DNA of 64,000 bases, taken from the human T2T-CHM13v2.0 reference genome, Homo sapiens. Location of the stretch: the NCBI RefSeq assembly GCF_009914755.1, contig NC_060935.1, one strand, 5' to 3'. This document shows positions 55,310-64,000 of this stretch, piece after piece; position 1 is the first letter of the stretch; every line of letters starts with the position of its first letter. The notes below the pieces were generated by a model, which saw only the letters and a list, made by a program, of their open reading frames with translations, was not told where the DNA came from and searched no databases. The position numbers were made by a program, and so were the translations under genes.

Positions 55310-57606
55310 ATTTAATGGCATACAACGTGGGACTGTGTGGCTTGCGTTTTCCAGCCTGCTGTGTTTCCAAGGGACCAAGCAATTGACCACAGCAGCGTGC
55401 CCGGGCTTAACCATTCATGCTATGGGGCAAATCAAAAACCATTCATGAGTGCCTGCTGCTCATGACTAGGGACATATCGGCAGCTGTTAAGAACATTTTG
55501 CCTTAGGAATTCTCCCTTCCTTCCCCTTCGTGTCATCACTGACTGCAATGCCTTGTTGGTATAAGGAAATGCGGTGTCTGGTGGAGTCCACAGGCTCCAA
55601 GACTGGGTAAATGACTCTAGTATGCACAACTGGCAAGCGTCTTTCCTTCCACTTAGGCTTTTCCTTAGAATAAACTACTCCGTGTATTTGATTGGGGTAC
55701 CTTGTTGCAGAAAGGAATAGTTGTTGGACTATTACCTAATTTGAGAATTGGTCGTTTGCATTTATGTCGGTTGCTTTTGTGGGACCTGGACTTACATGTT
55801 TAAAAACATGGGCAAGTTTAAAGGCAAGTTTAAAGGCACGTTTAAATGTCAGGTTTTCTGGGACTCCAACTAGTTACATATTATGGCCTACTTTTATACA
55901 CATTTAAAAACTAATGGACAAATTATAGTAAGAAACATTCAGGGCTCAAATAGTTAATCTGCAATTATAGTTAAGTAGAGTGTTCCAAATATCTCTATTT
56001 CTCTTTTCTTTTCTGCCTACTTTAAATCCACTGTTACGGAGCTACTAGTGTGGAGATAAACCTCAATAATTCAATGTTACTTGAAAATTTTGTTTTTCTT
56101 ATATAGTTCATCCAGTTCTAGCTAATATATAAACATTAAAAACTAAAACTAAAAAAAAAAAGTAAAAGAGGGTTTAAAATCAAACTGCCATGGAAACTAT
56201 TTTACCCAAAATTTTAGTCGACAGTCTTCACTTGATTACCTATAATGGCAAAATACGTTTAGACATATAAACAAGTCCCAGTTTTGTCAGAAATACCATT
56301 TGGATCCAGCTATCTCATGTAAACCTGTGAGTTCCTATCTCATGGCTAGAGTTCCAAGGGGAAAAAAAATTAAAGTTCTTATTTGGGTGTGTGTATATGC
56401 GTTTAGGTATGTTTACATTATATATATATGTATTATTTTATTTCCTGTATCTACATAGTAATAAATTGACATACAAATAAGAGAGCACATACAAATTAAG
56501 TAAATAAGTCCAAATGTTTTTCAAATTCACAAGACTTTAGTGAATCCTTAATAAATAAGATGGTTTTAAAATTATTGGTAAAATAAAAATTTAGAAAATA
56601 TATTCAAAATTGTTAGCACACATTTTTGTGTGTTAAGTATTATATTTGCCTCTGCTAGATATTTCAAGGAGTCAAGGTTTGGCACAAAGATTACAAGATT
56701 GTAAACCCAGCCAAAACCAGAATAATCTTTGTGTGATCCTTTTGACAAGTAAGAATAATTTAAAATTGTGGTTCAGTGAAAACAACTGAATCTTCTGAGT
56801 TACTGGCAAAATGCCTGTGTGTTTAACTTAAAGTTCTTAGGGAAACAATTGATGATCATAGGCTTTTAAAATGGTTAACAGAGAAATACCTTTAAATAAT
56901 GGCTAGCTTTGTCTAATACCTCAGTTTTCAGAGAAATTCTAGGGAAACTATTCAAAAAATTGAGTATATGTAAATGGGATCAATGCTTATAGGTAACTTT
57001 TTGTATAATTTAAGATCTTAAAGTTATTTTGAATTGAATAATAAATGCTCATTGTATGTCTGGGTCATTTCCAATTAAAAAAGGGTTATAAAGTTGAGAA
57101 ACATGTTTTTAAAAATTGTGGCATTGTTTTATCTATAAAATGCTACCATCTCATAAACACTTCAGAATTTCTTCCTAGGTTTTTATCAACAGTTAAGATT
57201 ACTAAGAATAATAATTCTAATTAAAACATAAATTCTGTAAGTTATGTTCTTATTGAGAAAAAGAATAATGGTATGTAATTTGAAAGTTATATAAAAGTTA
57301 TTTGAAAAATAAGGTAAAAGGGGGCTGGGCACGGTGGCTCACGCCTGTAATCCCAGCACTTTGGGAGGCCAAGGCGGGTGGATCATGAGGTCAGCAGATC
57401 CAGACCATCCTGACTAACACGGTGAAACCCCGTCTCTACTAAAAATACAAAAAATTAGCCGGGCGTGGTGGCAGGCGCCTGTAGTCCCAGCTACTCAGGA
57501 GGCTGAGGCAGGAGAATGGCGTGAACCTGGAAGGCAGAGCTTGCAGTGGGCCGAGATCGCGCCACTGCACTCCAGACTGGGCAAAAGAGTGAGACTCCAT
57601 CTCAAA

Positions 57607-57644
<38 letters not shown>

Positions 57645-59894
57645 TAAGGTAAAAGTGAACCAGAAAGTAGGAAAGTGAGATGTGAAAAGAGCTGCAGCAA
57701 TAAAGATGTAGTTTTGGTAAGAAAGGTTATAAAGAAAAGAGAATAATTTTGTATGAAAGGGAATCTTGTATGGTAAATTTTTCTGCTAAATAAAACGACT
57801 AGTTATTTTAAAAAGAGGAAACATAGGATGAATCAAAAACATCCAACCAAGTTGTAGTTAGTCTTTATAAGTCATATTATGGTTCGTGGAAGGTATTTTA
57901 TGAAAGAAATGTTGTATATGATTAAGCTGCTTATAATTAAAGGGAAATTATTTATGATAGTATTATTATATTGTAATATGTTAAAACAAGGTTTCTTAAG
58001 GTATTGATTTACTTTTAACAAAATTATAAGAAATTTTAATTTTTAATTTTGTAACTTAATTCTTTTGAAAACTTCTCAGATTCATTATCTCAGTAGTTCA
58101 ACTTTTGTGTGTCTCTTTGCTTTCAGCTTTTTTGCCCCTTCAGAAAACCTAAGATTATAACTGTTTTCTTCAACATTTTTGTCAGTTCCTGCAACTTTTT
58201 TCCCTCTGGTCCTAACTATTGTTGTGGCCTGATGCTGAAATATTTTATCCTGAAGAACTAGAAAAATCAATGTTTTCCTCCATTATAACTTGATTCTATA
58301 CTCTTGCTTTTGTTAGTATGTCTAAAGTTTTCAATCTAATCAGAAAACTCATGCAGTTACAAAGAGTCACGTATTTCCCTGCGATACTCATAACCTTAAA
58401 CACACTTTTCCTATACCTGATTAAATTTGAGTACTCATTTCATCAGGTTTGACTTCTATGTTATCTAAATAGGCTTCTCGTAAGTAGAAGCACTCACACT
58501 GCAGAAAGTTTTCTATTGCCTTTTTGATAACCAGCTTAAAAAACAAGATTTTACATTTTACCAAGATAATTACTACATTGTCTTTATTAGGTTTTTGATT
58601 ACTTAGGAAAACTGAGATTTAAAATGTTTATGGTTTTTACATTCATGTAAATATCCGCATGGCCTTTAAGATCTTTTAACTATAACTTAGCTAAATGAAT
58701 GACTATTGTTTTACAATAACCTATGATTCTGTTGTAATTAAATGTTTTCGGCCTTTTAATATCTTTGATTAACATCTTCAAAACCAAAATTCTAAACTAA
58801 GCCTTTGACTTATTACAAAGCTATAAAAATTAATCACTGCAAGGTTGTAGACTATTTTTATAACTTCCAGTCAGGACGTGGACTCCAGTATCACTACCTC
58901 CAGCCCCTTGAAAGGGTCTGTATCAGGTGCTATTAACGAATCCTGTGCTGTTAAGTTACAGGGTTTTGACTTCTGGGTATATCCATCTCATCTAAAAAGG
59001 CACAGACTGCTGCTAAATCTTGAATGTCACCACCAAAATTAACCAAAGCTGCATCTTCAGGCCCAGGAAAGAGTGACAATCAAAATAAACTGCTTTAATG
59101 AGACACAGGGGCAGAACTATATGTAAAAACATGAATACCTGTTTAATAATTTTGCTTCTATCTAAATTCTTTATGCTAAAAAAATGAAATGTTTAGCTAC
59201 CTGTTAGCTTTCTTTTCCTGTCTTATCGAAACAAGGCAGGGCTTATGACCTTTTTGTTTAAAATGTTGCCAATTCTTTGTGGTTTTTGCATTCTACAATC
59301 AAGAAAACAGTTTTTTTTCTTTTTGAACTATTTATAGCTTACAGAAATTGAATAAAACAACAAAGATTGCCTTTCTCTTTCTACCTAATATCTTCAGAAT
59401 TTTAAAACTGTTCAATTCTACTGGGCTAATCTGTTTTATATTGCCAACATGCTGCTGTTAAAGCTACACAATATTAATCACCCTCCTTTTAATCCCAGGG
59501 ACAATCTCAGAAGAGGTGGGTGCATGAGATTGCAAGGGCCAGTTTTGTGGGATAAAATTAGTTCAGACACTCCAAATCAAATATGGGCACATAGGTGCCT
59601 AAACAGCCGATGGCTCAACACATAGAACTAAGTCAATTTTATAATCTTGCTTTTTGGCTTTTGGTTTTTGGCTCTTATGTTAGTTTAAAACGTTCTAAGG
59701 ATTAATGAGCACCTAGCCACCTCCATTCCCATTTGGATTAGAATGATTCATTGTCTATCAGTCTTTTGACTCTAAGTCAGTTAGCAATAGGAGTTCCAAC
59801 AGTGGATGGGATGGACCAGGGCAATGATATGGGACAAATTAAAGGTTGGTCATTGATATTGCCTCTGGCATATGCTGACAAAAAACAGGGAAGA
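55310..59894 (+). mobile_element. ERV1 internal region, MER4-group (AT-rich, non-coding), ending in a polypurine tract
   Basis: MER4-int-like text (AAACTGCCATGGAAACT, GATAAAATTAGTTCAGAC); AAAAAACAGGGAAGA before the next LTR. Confidence 0.7.
57323..57643 (+). mobile_element. AluY in the ERV internal region
   Basis: TSD AAAATAAGGTAAAAG. Confidence 0.96.
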
Positions 59895-60974
<1,080 letters not shown>

Positions 60975-61018
60975 CATCATATTCCCACAGGAGCCCTTGG
61001 TGTATAATTGACAGTAAG

Positions 61019-63639
61019 GATATTAGTCTGTTCTCACACTGCTAATAAAGACATACCTGAGACTGGTAATTTATAAAGAAAATGAGGGTTAATGGGCCCA
61101 TAGTTCCAAATAGCTGGGGAGGCCTCAAAATCACTGCAGAAGGCAAAGGAGGAGCAAAGACATGTCTTACATGACAGCAGGCAAGAGTTTGTGCAAGGGA
61201 ATCCCCATTTATAAAACCATCAGATCTCGTGAGACTTATTCACTACCATGAGAACAGTATGGGGCAAACTCCCCATGATTCAATTATCTCCACCTGGACC
61301 CACCCTTGGCATGTGGGGATTATTATAACTCAAGGTAAGATCTGGGTGGGGACATATCCAAACTGTATCATTTGGCCCTGGCTCCTCTCAAATCTTATGT
61401 CCTCACATTTCAAAACCAATCATGCCTTCCCAACAGTCCCCCAAGTCTTAAGTCATTCCAGCATTAACAGTCTGAAGTCTCATCTGAGACAATGAAAGTC
61501 CATTAAGCCTATGAGCCTGTAAAATCAAAACCAAGTTATTCACTTCCTAGATACAATGGAGATACAGGAATTGGGTAAATACACCCATTCCAAATGGGAT
61601 AAATTGGCCAAAACAAAGAAACTACAGGCCCCATGCAAGTCTGCAATCCAATGGGGCAGTCAAATCTTTTTTTTTTTTTTTTTTTTTAGATGGAGTCTCA
61701 CTCTGTCACCCAGCCTGGAGTGCAGTGGTACCATCTTGACTCACGGCAAGCTCCATCTCCTGGGTTCACTCCATTCTCCTGCCTCAGCCTCCCGAGTAGC
61801 TGGGACTACAGGTGCCTGCCACCACGCCTGGCTAATTTTTTGTATTTTTAGTAGAGATCAGGTTTCACCTGTTAGCCAGGTTAGCCAGGATGATCTTGAT
61901 TTCCTGACCTTGTGATCTGCCTGCCTCGGCCTCGCAAAGTGCTGGGATTGCAGGCATGAGCCACCACGCCCGGCCAGGGCAGTCAACTCTTGAAGCTCTA
62001 AAATTATTTCCTTTGACTCCATGTCTCATATCCAGGTCATTCTGATGCAAGAGGGGGTCTCCCATAGCCTTGGGCATCTCCACTTGGGTGGCCTTTACAA
62101 GGTACGGCCACCCTCTCAGATGCTTTCATGGGCTGGTGTTGAGCATCTGTGGCTTTTCTGGGTGCACAGTGCAAGCTGTCAGTGGATCCATAATTCTGGG
62201 GTCTGGAAGATGGTGGCCCTCTTCTCACCGCTCCACTAGGCAGTGCCCCAGTGGGGACTATATGTAGGGGCTCTGAACCCACATTTCCTTCTGCACTGCC
62301 CTAGCAGAGGTTCTCCATGAGGGCTCAACCCCTGCAGCAGACTTCTGCCTTGACATCCAGGTGTTTCTGTACATCCTCTGAAATCTAGGCAGAGGTTCCC
62401 GAACCTCAAATCTTGACTTCTGTGCACCTGAACTGCAGGCCCAACACCTGTGTAAGCCTCCAAGGCTTGGGGCTTACATCCTCTGAAGCAATAGCCTGAG
62501 GTCTACCAATGGCCCCTTTTAACCACCCCTGACATACAGGGCACCAAGTCCCAAGGAGGCACAAAGCAGCAAGGCCCTGGACCCAGTCCACAAAATCATT
62601 TTTTTCTCCTAGGTCTCCAGGCCTGTGATGGGAGAGACTGCCATGAAGACCTCCGACATGACCCAGAGACATTTTCCCCATTGTCTTGGAGATTAAGAGT
62701 TTGCTTGTCACTATTTATGCAAATTTCTACAGCCAGCTTGAATTTCTCCTCAGAAAGTGGGGTTTTCTTTTCTATCACATCACCAGGCTACAAATTTTTC
62801 TGAACTTTTATGCTCTGCTTCCCTTTTAAACATAAGTTCCAATTCCCAAGCATATCTTTGTGAATACATAAAACTAAATGCTCTTAACAGCACCTAAGTC
62901 ACCTCTTGAATGCTTTGCTGCTTAGAAATTTCTTCTGCCAGATGCCCTAAATTTTCTCCCTCAAGTTCAAAGTTCCATAAATCTCTGGGGCAGGGGCAAA
63001 ATGCTGCCAGTTTCTTTAATAAAACATTGAAGAGTTACCTTTACTCCAGTTCCCAACAAGTTCCTAATCTCCATCTGAGACCACCTCAGCCTGGATTTTG
63101 TTGCCCATATCGCTATCAGTATTTTGGTCAAAACCATTCAACGAGTCTCTAGGAAGTTTCAAACTTTCCCACATCTTCCTATCTTCTTCTGAACCCTTCA
63201 AACCATTCCAACCTCTGCCCATTACCCAGTTTAAAAGTCTCTTTCACAAGGGTATCCTTATAGCAGCATTCCACTCTACTCTATTAACTTACTGTATTAG
63301 TCTGTTCTGATGCTCCTAATAAAGACATACCTGAGACTGGATAATTTATACAGGAAAGGGATTTAATGGACTCAAAGTTCCACATGGCTAGGGAGGCCTC
63401 AGAATCATGGCAGAAGGCAAAGGAGAAGCAAAGGCACATCTTACATGGTAGCAGGCATGTGCAGGGGAACTCACATTTATAAAACCATCAAATCTCATGA
63501 GACTTATTCACTACCATGAGAACAGCATGGGGGAACTGATCCTATGATTCAATTATCTCCACCTGGCCCCACCCTTGACATGTGGGGATTACTATAATTC
63601 AAGGTGAGATTTGAGTGGGGACACAGCCAAACCATATCA
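61019..63639 (-). mobile_element. Full-length THE1C/D (LTR 61019-61370, internal region, LTR 63293-63639)
   Basis: Two similar LTRs (TATTAGTCTGTTCT...CCACCTGG(A/C)CCCACCCTTG...TATCA) flanking MaLR internal sequence. Confidence 0.92.
61669..61975 (-). mobile_element. AluY inside THE1-int
   Basis: TSD GGGCAGTCAA(A/C)TCTT (61654-61668, 61977-61991); internal GTTAGCCAG duplication. Confidence 0.96.
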
Positions 63640-63813
63640 GGGGGAAACAAACTTATTGACTTTCTTATTGACATAGGTGCTATGTATTCTGTAGTTAATG
63701 CCTGCCTATACCCTTATTTGATAAAGACTATAATAGATACAGGAATGCCAGGGAAAACTGTGACTTACTTCTTTCCACAATCTTTAGATTGTCATTTTGG
63801 AGAACACAATTGA
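63640..63813 (+). pseudogene. ERV1 aspartyl protease remnant
   Basis: GGNKLIDFLIDIGAMYSVVN resembles FLIDTGATYSVL with T>I; N-terminal PQEPLV..LTVR lies at 60985-61019, on the other side of THE1. Confidence 0.75.
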
Positions 63814-63859
63814 TGAAAAAAACTGGTAAGTCATGTCCTAAAAAAAAGGTATTGTCCAA

Positions 63860-64000
63860 ATACGTCAAGAAACTAATCTGACTTGGGATAAGGTGTTTCC
63901 AGTTGCTCTGTTGTGTATTAGAACAGCTCTCCAAAATAGGCTCAAATTGAGTCTCTTTGAAATATTATATGGTAGGTCATTCCAGGATTCTACCCTGGTG
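63860..64000 (+). pseudogene. ERV1 integrase remnant
   Basis: My translation IRQETNLTWDKVFPVALLCIRTALQNRLKLSLFEILYGRSF resembles the integrase LSPFEILYGRP motif. Confidence 0.75.

Noticed and set aside
63604-63813. Expressed THE1-LTR/protease fusion ORF
   Set aside because: It starts at a non-ATG codon within the LTR, the catalytic DTG is mutated to DIG, and it stops early.

Overview
This is AT-rich, repeat-dense primate genomic DNA. AluY, L1PA, THE1/MST and LTR12 indicate a catarrhine, probably human or another great ape. I see no credible host protein-coding exon, CpG island, tRNA, rRNA or CRISPR array. The ORFs I could assign are Alu, L1, LTR or DNA-transposon remnants, and the rest look like chance frames. 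Content: 17 Alus; one near-full-length L1PA lacking its RT domain; several older L1M, L2 and MIR fragments; MaLR elements (MLT1, MST, THE1); a Tigger7/MER44 remnant; an LTR12 solo LTR inside an AluY; a nested ERV1 stack at the right end; and two snRNA retrocopies (a 33-nt U2 fragment and a U6 fused to L1). I found no convincing new gene system. The notable signals are structural: (1) two AluY insertions at the same homologous nucleotide of two different THE1 internal regions 28 kb apart; (2) a ~385-bp inverted local duplication inserted into an MLT1A LTR with a fold-back junction; (3) an old U6/L1 chimera joined inside ORF1; (4) a rearranged head-to-head MST/THE1 pair; (5) a twin-primed L1MA. 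Subfamily names and percent identities are by-eye estimates from remembered consensus sequences and need RepeatMasker/Dfam confirmation.
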